Source: Candidatus Micrarchaeota archaeon (GTDB taxonomy: Archaea > Micrarchaeota > Micrarchaeia > Norongarragalinales > Norongarragalinaceae). Taken from it: 64,000 bases of DNA. A model generated the notes under the pieces. It worked only from the letters and a program-made list of their open reading frames with translations. It ran no database searches and had not been told where the DNA came from. The translations under genes and the position numbers were made by a program. The stretch covers positions 1 to 64,000 of the forward strand of contig JACQQD010000011.1 of assembly GCA_016207165.1 (NCBI GenBank). Direction: 5' to 3'. Shown in pieces: positions 19,246-29,818 of the stretch. Numbering within the stretch: position 1 is the stretch's first letter; every line of letters begins with the position of its first letter.

Positions 19246-20589
19246 TCAGTTTCCCAATTCGGCGTCAATAACGGATTTGAACGCCGAATACGGCTGCGCG
19301 CCCACCAGGGTCTGGCCATTGATGACGAAGCTGGGAGTGCCAGAAATTCCGGCGGAAACGCCTTCGCGGTAATCCGCGGCTACCGAATCCTTGTACTTGC
19401 CCGAATCCAGGCACGCGTCAAAAGCCGTGCCGTCCAAACCGATTTCGCGCGCCCATGCCTTCAAATCGTCCACCGAGTAATTCACGGTAGTAGTACCTGA
19501 ACTGTCCGCATTCTGTTCGCCAAACATTTTGTCATGCATCTGCCAATACTTGCCCTGGTCGCCGGCACACCGCGCCGCTTCGGAGGAGACGTGCGCCATG
19601 GGATGAAAACTCAAGGGAAAGTCCTTGAAGTAAAAACGAACTTTGCCGGAATCAATGTAATCGCCTTGAATCAGCGGAAGCGTTTCCGCGTAAAACCTCC
19701 GGCAAAAAGGACATTGGTAATCCGAAAACTCCACCACGATGACGGGTGCATCCGCACGCCCCCTCATCCCGGCGTACGTCGAAATCAAGTCACGGGCGTG
19801 AACCGAAGGGCGAAGCGTGGGACTGGGCGTTGGCGTCGGGGAAACCGGCAACCCCAGTTCCCGGCGAATCGCGGCGTCAAACGCCTCGGAAGGCTGGGCG
19901 CCCACCAAGGCCTTTGCGTTGATGTAAAACGTCGGCGTCCCCGATATTCCGAGGTCAACCGCTTCCTCAACCTGCTGCTCCACGCGGCCCGCGTACTTGC
20001 CGGAATCAAAACAGGAATCAAACAATTCCCGGTTCAAGCCCAACTCGGACGCGAAGTCCTTGAAAACGGTTCGGGCGTTCAACCGCGACTGGTCCCTGAG
20101 GACCTTGTCGTGGTAATCCCAAAACCGGGTTTGTTCGTGAGCGCAGTACGCCGCTTCGGCGGCTTCGCGGGCGCGTTCATGGAACGACAACGGAAAGGGA
20201 CGGTATTGGAACCGGACTTGGCCGGATTGAATGTACGTTCCCACCACCGAGTAAAACGACGCGTCATAGAATTGCTTGGTGAACCGGTCCTGCAAATCCT
20301 CGTACGCCACGATGACCACCGGCGCTTGATCGCTTCCCAACTCCGGCTCGACCCAATCGGATTCGGAAAGCACGGGACGCGGCGTTGAAGTGGTGGAAGG
20401 CGACCCGGCCGCCGAAGGCGTTTCCTCGGTTATCGGCACCGGCGTTTGGGTGGCCGCCGAAGGCGTGGACGTGCCTTGCGGCAGGACGAAGTCCGTTCGC
20501 GCCACGTCCAACGGGTCCGGACGGCCGGACTCGATGCAACCCAATAGCAATACGGCCAACACGAGACTGGCCAGCATGAAAAAACGCAT
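19246..20589 (-). CDS. DsbA-family lipoprotein with two thioredoxin domains
   Basis: LLLGC lipobox, Pro/Thr linkers, EFSDYQCPFC, GTP motifs twice. Confidence 0.88.
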   Translation of the reverse strand: MRFFMLASLVLAVLLLGCIESGRPDPLDVARTDFVLPQGTSTPSAATQTPVPITEETPSAAGSPSTTSTPRPVLSESDWVEPELGSDQAPVVIVAYEDLQDRFTKQFYDASFYSVVGTYIQSGQVRFQYRPFPLSFHERAREAAEAAYCAHEQTRFWDYHDKVLRDQSRLNARTVFKDFASELGLNRELFDSCFDSGKYAGRVEQQVEEAVDLGISGTPTFYINAKALVGAQPSEAFDAAIRRELGLPVSPTPTPSPTLRPSVHARDLISTYAGMRGRADAPVIVVEFSDYQCPFCRRFYAETLPLIQGDYIDSGKVRFYFKDFPLSFHPMAHVSSEAARCAGDQGKYWQMHDKMFGEQNADSSGTTTVNYSVDDLKAWAREIGLDGTAFDACLDSGKYKDSVAADYREGVSAGISGTPSFVINGQTLVGAQPYSAFKSVIDAELGN

Positions 20590-20758
20590 ACGCAAAATCT
20601 CGGAGTTCCACTCTTTTAAAGCCTTCAACGCCCTGTTTGTCCCCCAGCCTAAATCTTTAAATGAATTCCCAGCCCAAATGCCAACGCCATATAGCAATCC
20701 GGGAAACTTTCTTGGTTTGCTATAACGAAGAGACATTTTCTTGAGGTGGATGAAATTC

Positions 20759-21694
20759 ATGCAAGCGCAAATGCTCCAAACCAGGCCCAAACCCGCATGG
20801 CCCCGGGAACTATTGATTTTGGCTTTTGACCACCGCGGCTCCTTCAAGCAAAAACTCCTCGGCTTTCCGGAACCCCTTTCACCGGAACAACTCCAGAAAG
20901 CCATTGACCTGAAAACCATGATTTACGAAGGCTTCCAGAAAGCCATCCAGATGGGCGTACCCAAACATAAAGCCGGAATGCTGTTGGACGAAGAAATGGG
21001 CGAGAAAAACCTCAAAGACGCCAAAACCAAAGGCTACACCGTGATTTGCCCCGCCGAGAAAAGCGGGCAAGACGAATTCGATTTCGAATACGAGAACTGG
21101 AAGGACCACATCCGCCAAATCGACGCCACCTTCTGCAAGGTTTTGGTGCGGTACAACCCCGAATCCGACTCCAAACTTAACGCTCGCCAAGCCGCCCGCC
21201 TCAAAGAACTTGGCGCGTTTCTGAAATCCATCGGCAAACTCTACCTCATTGAACCCCTGGTGCCGGCCACCGACTCGCAACTCAAGCAACTGGGAGGAGA
21301 CAAAGCCAAATACGACTCGGAACTCCGCCCCAAACTCATGGTTGAAATGATGCGCGAACTCCAAGACTTCGGGGTGGAGCCGGACGTGTGGAAACTGGAG
21401 GGCGTCGACCGGCCTCAAGACGCCCAAGCGTTAGTCAACCAAGCCCGGTTCGGCGGACGCAACGCCGGCATCGTGACGCTTGGGAGAGGCGAATCCAAGG
21501 AAAAAGTCGCGGAATGGCTGAAAGTGGGGGCCCACATCGAAGGCATCAACGGATTTGCCATTGGTCGAACCATCTTCATGGACGCCTTGAAAGGCTTTTT
21601 GGAAGGCAAACTCAGCCGCCAGCAAGCCGTCCAAAAAATCGCTTCCACCTACAAGGAATTCGTGGATTTGTGGGAAAGCGAGAGAAAAAAATAA
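20759..21694 (+). CDS. DUF2090/LacD-like class I aldolase
   Basis: LAFDHRGS, EKSG, KVLVRY, PDVWKLEG, LGRG, GFAIGRTIF. Confidence 0.82.
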   Translation: MQAQMLQTRPKPAWPRELLILAFDHRGSFKQKLLGFPEPLSPEQLQKAIDLKTMIYEGFQKAIQMGVPKHKAGMLLDEEMGEKNLKDAKTKGYTVICPAEKSGQDEFDFEYENWKDHIRQIDATFCKVLVRYNPESDSKLNARQAARLKELGAFLKSIGKLYLIEPLVPATDSQLKQLGGDKAKYDSELRPKLMVEMMRELQDFGVEPDVWKLEGVDRPQDAQALVNQARFGGRNAGIVTLGRGESKEKVAEWLKVGAHIEGINGFAIGRTIFMDALKGFLEGKLSRQQAVQKIASTYKEFVDLWESERKK

Positions 21695-21789
21695 CCGCCG
21701 ATTAAAGCGCACGCCCCGCTTCCCAGAGCCCCGTAAATCCCTCACCTATTTAAAAGCGTGCATCCGGTACACCCTCGGGAAAACCAAGC

Positions 21790-22671
21790 ATGGGCGGATT
21801 GGACGGATTGAAAAAGGCATTGAAGGGCCAAAACCCACAAATGACGTTCATCACAGAAACGCCGCAAACCCAAGACGAATGGATTGACTTTTCCAACCGG
21901 GAAAAAATCACGTTACTCTCCAATCGCGCATTCGACGAAAAAGTCGTCCAAACCGACGCGTGGACCCGCCAATTCTACGGCAAAGAAATCCCGTTCAACC
22001 CCAGTTACCGCGGAGACTCTGTGTGGACCGGCACGCTTCTGGCCTACACCAAACCCGATATCTCCTTTGCCGCGGCCACGCAGGACGACGTGAACGCCCA
22101 ATCCATCCTGGAAGCCTCCAAGAAACGCGACGGCACGTACCTGACGCACGTGGACCGCGACAGCCGCACGGCGTACCTCATGAAAATTCCGGAAAAACAC
22201 GAAAACCTCCGGAACGCCGCACTATCCGTCGACCACGGCTTTGACGCACAACGCCCGAACTTTGAACTCAAGGAATTGGGTCGCACCGTAATCCGGAGAT
22301 ACTTTGAAAACCCGGAATCCTACCGGGAACTGGACCGCGACATCCCGCAACCCGAAGACCCCCACATCCGATACATCCGGTATACCCTCAAAGAGATACG
22401 CGTAACAGACGAATCTCAAATCCGAGCCACCGCCTTCCCAAAAGAGGATGGATGGTACTTTTGCGATGAAAAGACGGGCATCCCCACGGGCACGCCCCAA
22501 GACCACAACGACCCGAAGACGCGTTACTTGAAGAGGAAAGAACACCGAATCGGGTTGGTGGCCCGCACCGGCCATTACCTGCGTCCAGAGGAAATGCGCG
22601 TGGTTTACTGCGACGCCTTGACGTGGGACAAGAAAAAGGCGTTGGCGGAAGCCCGGCCAAGCAAAAACTAA
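21790..22671 (+). CDS. hypothetical protein
   Basis: 293-aa ORF after a TATA-like element; no motif recognised. Confidence 0.65.
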   Translation: MGGLDGLKKALKGQNPQMTFITETPQTQDEWIDFSNREKITLLSNRAFDEKVVQTDAWTRQFYGKEIPFNPSYRGDSVWTGTLLAYTKPDISFAAATQDDVNAQSILEASKKRDGTYLTHVDRDSRTAYLMKIPEKHENLRNAALSVDHGFDAQRPNFELKELGRTVIRRYFENPESYRELDRDIPQPEDPHIRYIRYTLKEIRVTDESQIRATAFPKEDGWYFCDEKTGIPTGTPQDHNDPKTRYLKRKEHRIGLVARTGHYLRPEEMRVVYCDALTWDKKKALAEARPSKN

Positions 22672-22701
22672 ATAGGCCACCCCTTGCACAAACACCCTTA
22701 C

Positions 22702-23586
22702 GTGATAAACCCCATGCAGGAACTCTTCGACCACATTCAAAAGGACTCCAACGAAAAACTCGCCAAACTCCTAACCGCCATCGCCAAAACCTCGATTGAT
22801 TTCCGCATCGAGTTCCCACACCGGCTGGGTTTTTCCGAAGGCGAAAACAAGTACGGCGAACAACAACTCAAACTGGACGCCTGGAGCAACCAGTACCTCG
22901 TCGACCGGCTCAACGAAACAGGACTGGTCAAGAAAATGTACTCCGAGGAACTGGACGAACCCGTGTCCGGAATGCCGAACGCGCCTTACGTGGTCTGCTT
23001 CGACCCGCTGGACGGCTCCTCGAACATCAAATCCAACAACACCTGCGGCACCATTGTTTCGATTTACGAAAACGACCTCGGCAAAGGATCCGAGCAAGTC
23101 GCCGCCCTCTACAAATTGTACGGACCGGTCACGTCCCTGACGTACACCGTCGGCCAGGGAGTCCACGAATTCGTTCTCCAACAAAAGACCGGTGAAGACC
23201 ACTTCGTGCTATCCAAAGAAAACATGAAATTGCCAGAGCCCGGAAAAGTCTACGGAATTGGTGGAAAGAAAGCCGAGTGGACGCCCAAACTCCGGCAATG
23301 GGTGGACGGATTGGAATCAAAAGGATTGAAACTCCGCTACTCGGGCACGTTAGTCGCGGACTTCAACCAAGTCATGCACTACGGCGGCCTATTCGCCTAC
23401 CCGAAAGCCAAACTCCGCTTGACGTACGAAGCCAAACCCATGGCGCTTCTTATCGAACAGGCCGGCGGTTCATCCACAAACGGCGTCAAGAGCATCTTGG
23501 ACGTGGTGGACGAAGTCGACGCGCGCACGCCCCTGTTCTTGGGCAACAAGAACCTCATCGCGGAAGTCGAAAAACTCAACGAATAA
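22702..23586 (+). CDS. fbp: fructose-1,6-bisphosphatase class I
   Basis: GEQQLKLD, SEE, FDPLDGSSN, LRYSG, KLRLTYEA; start approximate. Confidence 0.92.
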   Translation: MINPMQELFDHIQKDSNEKLAKLLTAIAKTSIDFRIEFPHRLGFSEGENKYGEQQLKLDAWSNQYLVDRLNETGLVKKMYSEELDEPVSGMPNAPYVVCFDPLDGSSNIKSNNTCGTIVSIYENDLGKGSEQVAALYKLYGPVTSLTYTVGQGVHEFVLQQKTGEDHFVLSKENMKLPEPGKVYGIGGKKAEWTPKLRQWVDGLESKGLKLRYSGTLVADFNQVMHYGGLFAYPKAKLRLTYEAKPMALLIEQAGGSSTNGVKSILDVVDEVDARTPLFLGNKNLIAEVEKLNE

Positions 23587-23612
23587 AACCATTCCCCCGC
23601 CCAAACCCATTC

Positions 23613-24131
23613 GTGAACCACCTGGAATCCGCCCACGCCCGCCGGCTGGATGAACCCATTCCCGAACTGGTCCGACGCCGCGACCACCTCCTACTTAAAA
23701 CCCGGTTGGCTACTGGAGCGAAAGCCAGCGAAACCGGGGCCAAAAAACAAACCGGCCTGCACGTGGCCGCGGAAACCGGTGACACCATCGCCGCCGACCA
23801 CCTGCTTAAACACGGCGGAGACGCCAACCAACGCGACGAAAACGACGACACGCCCTTGCTGATTGCTGTACAACAAGGGCACGTCCCGCTTGTCGAACGA
23901 TTCAGGGACCACAAAGGAAACCCGACACTGGCCAACAAACAGGGATTGAACGCCTACGACTTAGCCAAAAAACACCCGTTGCCCAAGCGCTTGAAACTTT
24001 TAGCCGCCCTGTCACCCCGCGACCCCCGGCCATCCCGCCTGGTGTTGGCCATGACGCGGCCCGCCATCGCGGCCCTGGTAAGCCTTGACAAGAAAATCAG
24101 CGCGCTGCGCCGGCGCATCAAGAACCGCTAG
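23613..24131 (+). CDS. ankyrin-repeat protein
   Basis: TGLHVAAETG, TPLLIAVQQGH, GLNAYDLA repeats; GTG start inferred. Confidence 0.8.
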   Translation: MNHLESAHARRLDEPIPELVRRRDHLLLKTRLATGAKASETGAKKQTGLHVAAETGDTIAADHLLKHGGDANQRDENDDTPLLIAVQQGHVPLVERFRDHKGNPTLANKQGLNAYDLAKKHPLPKRLKLLAALSPRDPRPSRLVLAMTRPAIAALVSLDKKISALRRRIKNR

Positions 24132-24777
24132 ACTGCAGGCCCTCGATCTTGAACCACCCATGCTCCCGCGCGTGCGAAGCCAAGTCCAAAACCATTTTCC
24201 CGAGCACCAAAACCAACGCCGGCAAACCCAAAATCGCGCCGAAAATCACGGCCACGTGCATGAGGATGACCCGCGGGTACGGTGCCGCCATCAACGACTT
24301 GGGTTCCGCCTCCAAATACTCCCGCCGGTCCAAAAAGTTGACCACGAACGAATATCCGTGGCTCAAAAAGTACGCGGCACCCCCAACGACTACCGACGCC
24401 AAAACGCCAAACGGGTCCGCATCGGACACCAAGAAAAACAACAAGAACATGAGGTGCACCAGCATGAAGATGCCGAAGTGAATGACGAAAAAACCGATGG
24501 AAAACAAACGCGACGCCTGAAACACGGCAAACGCCGCGCCCGCGAAAAACGTACCCGCCAAGCCGTCCGGCGCGTCAAAGCGTTCCGGCTTGGCCAACAA
24601 CATCTTCAGAACGGTGTAAAAGCCGATGACCGCGGACTCCGCCCAAAACAGAAGCAAAACGCTGGCCTGCGACCAGCCCAAGAAAAGCACGCCAAACAAA
24701 GGAACCACGTTGGCCGCCAGAAGCACCCACACGGACGGCTTCTGCGAAACTCCCTTCAACAACGACGCGACGTCCAT
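24118..24777 (-). CDS. DUF6498-like membrane protein
   Basis: ANVVPLFGVLFLGWS, FWAE, FFVIHFGIF, PYPRVILMH. Confidence 0.75.
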   Translation of the reverse strand: MDVASLLKGVSQKPSVWVLLAANVVPLFGVLFLGWSQASVLLLFWAESAVIGFYTVLKMLLAKPERFDAPDGLAGTFFAGAAFAVFQASRLFSIGFFVIHFGIFMLVHLMFLLFFLVSDADPFGVLASVVVGGAAYFLSHGYSFVVNFLDRREYLEAEPKSLMAAPYPRVILMHVAVIFGAILGLPALVLVLGKMVLDLASHAREHGWFKIEGLQSSGS

Positions 24778-24829
24778 CAGCCAAAAAACCTACGCAACGG
24801 AAGAAAATAAATCAACCCAATCCTTAAAT

Positions 24830-24850
24830 ATTGCAATAATTAATTGCAAT
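24830..24850. promoter_or_regulatory. palindromic operator next to the TATA box of a TA pair
   Basis: ATTGCAAT-AATTA-ATTGCAAT immediately after CTTAAAT. Confidence 0.6.
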
Positions 24851-24861
24851 AACGAGTCACC

Positions 24862-25077
24862 ATGGCAACCTACATCAACCTGCCGGTAACGCCGGACGTC
24901 AAGCAGATCATCGACGAATACCGACGCGAGCACGGCCTGAAAAGCTACAGTGAAACCCTTCGGAAAATCTTCAAGAAAACACGAAAAGGAAACATCTTTC
25001 TGATGGACGACATGCGAGGCATACTCAAAGGCACACCCGATTTTGTGAGGGACAAGCGTGACCGTCATTTTGATTGA
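24862..25077 (+). CDS. RHH/VapB-like antitoxin
   Basis: Small basic protein (LKSYSETLRKI...RDKRDR) overlapping a PIN gene. Confidence 0.78.
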   Translation: MATYINLPVTPDVKQIIDEYRREHGLKSYSETLRKIFKKTRKGNIFLMDDMRGILKGTPDFVRDKRDRHFD

Positions 25078-25462
25078 CACCAGTACCCTCATTCGCTTCT
25101 ACAAAAACGAACTGGACGAAAAAACCGAAGGAGCGCTCAGGAAAGGCATTTCCGGCATCAGCATCATGACCTACTTCGAAATCATTCGTTGGCTGCTGAA
25201 AGTCCACCGCGCCAACGAAAGACCGTACTTCATCCAACGAATGCAAGAAACATTCGACATCATTCCGCTGAGCCTGGCCATCTGCGAACACGCCGCCCAA
25301 ATCGCGCACTCCGATTCATTTTCCACCGCCGACGCCCTCATCTACGCCACCGCCCTTGAAAACGGCATAAAACTGATGACTTCCGATACCGACTTGAAAG
25401 GCAAACCCGGCGTCATCTTTGCCCCCCGCAGGAACCGAACTCCAGTATCGGACGCCCAATAA
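25058..25462 (+). CDS. PIN-domain (VapC-like) toxin
   Basis: LIDTS, YFE, ADALIYATA, TSDTDL. Confidence 0.9.
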   Translation: MTVILIDTSTLIRFYKNELDEKTEGALRKGISGISIMTYFEIIRWLLKVHRANERPYFIQRMQETFDIIPLSLAICEHAAQIAHSDSFSTADALIYATALENGIKLMTSDTDLKGKPGVIFAPRRNRTPVSDAQ

Positions 25463-25515
25463 GCCTTTAATAAGGGCATTGGCCACAAGCCGTAAAACGC
25501 GTTTTTTCGGTTCTC

Positions 25516-26703
25516 ATGACGCTACTGGAATCCGCACTCGACCAACTGGCCCACTCCCAGAAAAAACACGTCAAAACCTGGCTTCTGGCCATCCTGTTGG
25601 TCACCGCCGTTCTGTCGTTTGGCATCACCAAACTGCGTCTTGAAAGCAACCTCGCCAACGAAATGCCGCAGGACCTGCCCATCTTCCAACTCAACGACCG
25701 CCTGGCGGATGAGTTCGGCGGACAAGACACCGTTTTGCTCGTAGTGGAATTGGACGACCAGGACAACGCGTTGAATTCAATCAAGGACATTCGAGACCCC
25801 CGCATCCTGACGTTCCTCTCGAACCTGCAGACCGAACTCCAGAAAGAAAGCCTGGTGGATGAAACGTTTTCCGCGGCCACCATCGCCCAACCCTTTCCAG
25901 GACAAACCATTCAAGACGTCATCGCCTTGGGCAAAATCGTGCCGGATCTGGACGCATTCTACAACCCCGCGTACACCAAGACCATCGTCTTCATCCGAGC
26001 GGACGTCGGCGGCGGCGAAGACAAAGTCCTGGCACTGGAGAACCTCATCCAACAACGCGTCAACGACGTAGAACGCCCGCCCGGCATTTCCTTGTTCGTC
26101 ACCGGCAACCCCTCCATCCAGAAACTCATCTTTTCGTTCCTAACCAGCGACGCGGCCTACACGCTCAGCCTGACGGTGACCGCCATTTTCCTATTGCTCT
26201 TGATCCTGGAGCGCTCGATTACCAAATCAATGTTGGTCATGGTGCCCACGCTGCTGGGCGTGTTTTGGGCCATGGGGCTCATGGGCTGGTTTGACATTCC
26301 GCTGAGCATCGCAACCGTTGGATTGGGCGCCATTTTGGTTGGACTAGGAGTCGAATACGGCGTGTTCATGGTCACCCGATACAAGGAACAACGAGAACTT
26401 GGAAAAAGCCAAAGCGAATCCCTGTACATTGCGGTGCCGGGCGTGGGAACGGCCATCATGGGCTCCGGCCTGACCACCGTCGCCGGCTTTGGCGCCCTGA
26501 GTTTTTCGTTTTTCCCCATGATGCAACACCTCGGCCAAAGCCTGGCGCTAGGAATCCTGTGCAGTCTGTCGGCGGCCTTGTTTGCCGCTCCGGTCGTCAT
26601 CCTGCTTGAAGAAGAACTGGAATACCGCTGGACGCACAGCCAATGGGCCAAGCTGGAAAAGAAAGCGCAACAACTCGCCTTGAAAGGGTTTGAACGACCG
26701 TGA
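25516..26703 (+). CDS. MMPL/RND-family transporter half 1
   Basis: TM, extracellular loop, then five TMs; GLGVEYG, SGLTTVAGF. Confidence 0.85.
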   Translation: MTLLESALDQLAHSQKKHVKTWLLAILLVTAVLSFGITKLRLESNLANEMPQDLPIFQLNDRLADEFGGQDTVLLVVELDDQDNALNSIKDIRDPRILTFLSNLQTELQKESLVDETFSAATIAQPFPGQTIQDVIALGKIVPDLDAFYNPAYTKTIVFIRADVGGGEDKVLALENLIQQRVNDVERPPGISLFVTGNPSIQKLIFSFLTSDAAYTLSLTVTAIFLLLLILERSITKSMLVMVPTLLGVFWAMGLMGWFDIPLSIATVGLGAILVGLGVEYGVFMVTRYKEQRELGKSQSESLYIAVPGVGTAIMGSGLTTVAGFGALSFSFFPMMQHLGQSLALGILCSLSAALFAAPVVILLEEELEYRWTHSQWAKLEKKAQQLALKGFERP

Positions 26704-27830
26704 ACGCCATCCAAAAAATTGCGGACCGATACGCGGGCTTCGTCTCCTCCAAACCCTGGACCGTGCTGGCCATTGCCCTACTCTTCTTCGTCCTCGCCGG
26801 CCTATCGGCCAGCCACCTACAATTTTCCACCTTCCAAAACAAAGACATTTTGCCCGACGGCCAGCCGGCGGTGGAAGCGTTGCAAGTCATCAACGACGAG
26901 TTCGGCGGCGCCGAATTTGCCACCCTCGTCGTCCAAGTCGACCCCCAGAGCGCCAATTCCACGGAGCCCCGCGACGCCCGCGACCCTCAAGTCATGAAGT
27001 ACGTTCACGCCCTCGGAGCGTTCGCGAAAACCGATGACTGCGTCCAACGCGTGGACTCCGCCACCACCGCGTACCAAGACCGGTTCGGCGGTTTGCCCAA
27101 GACCACGCAAGACGTCATTGACGCCCAAAAAATGGTGCCGGGCATCAACGGCTATCTCAACCCCTCCTACAGTTTAGCCACCATCCGCATTCAAACCTTG
27201 GAGAGTTGCGAATCCGGGGAAGTCTATTCCACCATGACCACCCTCTTAAAAGAAAATCCGGCTCCGCCTGGGGTGACGGCCCACGTGGCCGGCGCATCCC
27301 TGGCCTTTGCCTCCATTGAGCCGTTGATTTCAAAAGACAGCAACTTTACTTCCATCATATCCATGGCCGCCATCATCGCCATTCTCGTTTTGATTTTCGG
27401 CTCCCTGCGCCGCGGCCTCATTCCCTTGACCACCATCGTCTTCGGCTTGGTCTGGGGCATGGGATTCGTCGCCTTCATCGGACTGAAAATCACGCCCCTG
27501 ACAGCCGGAGTCATGTCCATGATCATGGGAATCGGAATCGATTTCGGCATCCAAGTCATCACGCGCTTCAAATACGAATTCAACGCCGCCAACCCCGAAG
27601 CCGCCATGCACACCACATTATCGCACGTCCTGATTCCCATGACAACCACCACCCTGGCGGCCGCCATCGGCTTTGCCGCCATGAATTTGGGAACGCTTAC
27701 CATGATGGGCCAACTCGGCCAAATGATGGCCTACGGCGTGACCGCCTCGTTCTTGGCCGCCATCACCGCGGTTCCCGCGTTAACGATCATCGAAGCACGG
27801 ATTCGTGCCAAGCAACCCGCATGGAGGTAA
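26700..27830 (+). CDS. MMPL/RND-family transporter half 2
   Basis: GIGIDFG, TTLAAAIGF; paralogous to the upstream gene. Confidence 0.85.
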   Translation: MNAIQKIADRYAGFVSSKPWTVLAIALLFFVLAGLSASHLQFSTFQNKDILPDGQPAVEALQVINDEFGGAEFATLVVQVDPQSANSTEPRDARDPQVMKYVHALGAFAKTDDCVQRVDSATTAYQDRFGGLPKTTQDVIDAQKMVPGINGYLNPSYSLATIRIQTLESCESGEVYSTMTTLLKENPAPPGVTAHVAGASLAFASIEPLISKDSNFTSIISMAAIIAILVLIFGSLRRGLIPLTTIVFGLVWGMGFVAFIGLKITPLTAGVMSMIMGIGIDFGIQVITRFKYEFNAANPEAAMHTTLSHVLIPMTTTTLAAAIGFAAMNLGTLTMMGQLGQMMAYGVTASFLAAITAVPALTIIEARIRAKQPAWR

Positions 27831-27835
27831 AAAAA

Positions 27836-29215
27836 ATGAAAAACTGGATTACAGTGATTGGATTTTTGGCCTTGCTCTCCGTAAGCCTCTCCGCCAACGT
27901 GCGCCCCATCTTCCTGAACCAAGACCCCGACCCAGCTGCCCCGGGACACTACGTGGAACTCCGCTTCAAAGTCGAGAAAACTACGACCGCCGAAATCCGG
28001 GACATGCAATTCCGATTGGACGTGGTTTACCCCTTCTCCTTTGACGGCTCCGACACGCCCACCCGATCTTTCGGAAGCTTCACCGGCGCCACCATCGGCT
28101 CCGACAACCAATTCATCTTGAAGTACAAAGTCTTCGTGGCTCCCGGCGCGCAAACCGACAAAGCCGAAGTCAAGCTCTACTACCGCGACAGCGCGCAGGA
28201 CTGGACGGAATTCAAGTTCAACATCGCGGTGGACGACAGCCAACCCAACCTGGTGTTAGGATCCGTGAAAACAACGCCTGACGCACTCTTTGGCGACTTT
28301 GACGGCGCCAAAGTCAGCATCGCCTTAACCAACATCGGCGACAAAGACGCCCAAAACGTGCAAGCCACACTGAGACTGCCTGAAGGCTTTGAGCCGTCTT
28401 TTGGCTATTCCGACCAAAGCGTGTACGGCACCATCACCCAAGGATCCAGCCAATCCGCCGACTTTTACGTGGACTTGAATGAATCCGTGGCCAAAGGATC
28501 CTACCCTGCACAACTATTCATCCAATTCAAGCACGTCAACGACCCGCAAACCGACTACCGAAACGCCTCCATTCCCGTCAACCTGCAAGTCAAAGGCCGG
28601 CCGCAATTCAAAGTCGTCTCCGTCAAAACCACTCCCGACGCGTTGCACCCCGGCACGAAAGCCACCGTCAACGTCGTGATAGAAAACGTTGGAAGCGACG
28701 AAGGAAAATCCACTTCGCTTAAAGCCTTCAAGGAATCCACGCAACCCTTTGAATTCGACGACAAATCCGACTTCATCGGCAATTTGAAACCCGGAGAAAA
28801 AGGCGAAGCCGTTCTTTCCGTCAACGTGGCCCAAAACGCGGACCCAAAAATCTACCGACTCAACGTGGAAGCCCGATCCATCTACAACGACCAAGTCGTT
28901 TTGAGCACCGACACCATCCAATTGGACGTGCAACCCGGCGGAGCAACCGGATTTGAGGGCAAAGACATTCTTCTGGTCCTGCTCTTGGCGGCCACCGCCT
29001 TTCTTGCCTACCGCCAATTCGGGCCCAAAACCAAGGGCGGACAAATCGAAAGCAAAGATGAAAAGACTGGAAAAGACGGAGGAGACCACTCCGGGCACGG
29101 CGGACATAGGACCAGCGGCCATGAAGAAAGCACTTCAACGGGTTCCAAAACCGAGGCCGAAGAAACCACCGAACCCAAACGCAAGGTCCACGTCGTGTTG
29201 GGGAAGAAAAAATAG
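27836..29215 (+). CDS. COG1361-type S-layer-domain protein
   Basis: Signal peptide, QDPDPAAPG, NIGDKDAQNV, IGNLKPGE, C-terminal TM helix. Confidence 0.82.
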   Translation: MKNWITVIGFLALLSVSLSANVRPIFLNQDPDPAAPGHYVELRFKVEKTTTAEIRDMQFRLDVVYPFSFDGSDTPTRSFGSFTGATIGSDNQFILKYKVFVAPGAQTDKAEVKLYYRDSAQDWTEFKFNIAVDDSQPNLVLGSVKTTPDALFGDFDGAKVSIALTNIGDKDAQNVQATLRLPEGFEPSFGYSDQSVYGTITQGSSQSADFYVDLNESVAKGSYPAQLFIQFKHVNDPQTDYRNASIPVNLQVKGRPQFKVVSVKTTPDALHPGTKATVNVVIENVGSDEGKSTSLKAFKESTQPFEFDDKSDFIGNLKPGEKGEAVLSVNVAQNADPKIYRLNVEARSIYNDQVVLSTDTIQLDVQPGGATGFEGKDILLVLLLAATAFLAYRQFGPKTKGGQIESKDEKTGKDGGDHSGHGGHRTSGHEESTSTGSKTEAEETTEPKRKVHVVLGKKK

Positions 29216-29320
29216 CTCGAAACCTTCGTTTTTTAGGGGCCGGTTGGGCTCCTTCGTCTTCTTTTTACCCGCTGGAAACGACCAGTCCGACCTCAAGCCA
29301 AAGCACCAACCAATTACTTT

Positions 29321-29818
29321 TCAAATTACTTTTACTTCATTTCCTTTAGGTTTACGATTGATTAACTCTAGATGAATTGCGGTAACACCTTGAATTGCTT
29401 GAAGACGATGGGCATCCACGTTCTTGACAAGTTCGTCAGTGACTTCCAATCGCTCGTCGTGATAAACAATACGTTTTTTCGGTCGTAAAATAATCTGCCC
29501 TATCCGGGGGTCTTCAATTGCTGCTTCTTCGTGGGCAACGCGATTTCCAATGTTCTTTACGTAGTCAATCGCCGTCAAAGTTCGCTTGCGGAGTTCTTCG
29601 TCGATTTTTTCCTTTTTACAAATTTTACAAAAAACCTGTTTTTTTGCCTCAAACGTTAAACGTTCGGATAACACGAAATCTCTTAAGGTAAAGGTCTTTT
29701 CATCTTGAGGCCATACAAAGTAGTTTGCCAAAAAAAACTCCAAGCCTTGTTCCAAACCAGCCCTCATCCGCAGTATTTCACCGCACCTGCGATGAAAAAG
29801 AGTAACGTTTTCTGACAT
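29321..29818 (-). CDS. AT-rich hypothetical protein, possible HEPN-like domain
   Basis: LTFEAK...NRVAH pattern; visibly lower GC than neighbours. Confidence 0.55.
   Translation of the reverse strand: MSENVTLFHRRCGEILRMRAGLEQGLEFFLANYFVWPQDEKTFTLRDFVLSERLTFEAKKQVFCKICKKEKIDEELRKRTLTAIDYVKNIGNRVAHEEAAIEDPRIGQIILRPKKRIVYHDERLEVTDELVKNVDAHRLQAIQGVTAIHLELINRKPKGNEVKVI

Noticed and set aside
24808-24820. 13-bp match TAAATCAACCCAA with 65-77
   Set aside because: Short AT-rich match expected by chance in a window this size
25516-27830. Frameshifted single RND gene
   Set aside because: Each half has its own N-terminal TM helix and a GTGA overlap, consistent with a genuine two-gene transporter
29237-29246. 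GGGCCGGTTG as a sixth cassette motif
   Set aside because: Only 7/10 match and lacks the CGTCC-like flank and spaced AT box
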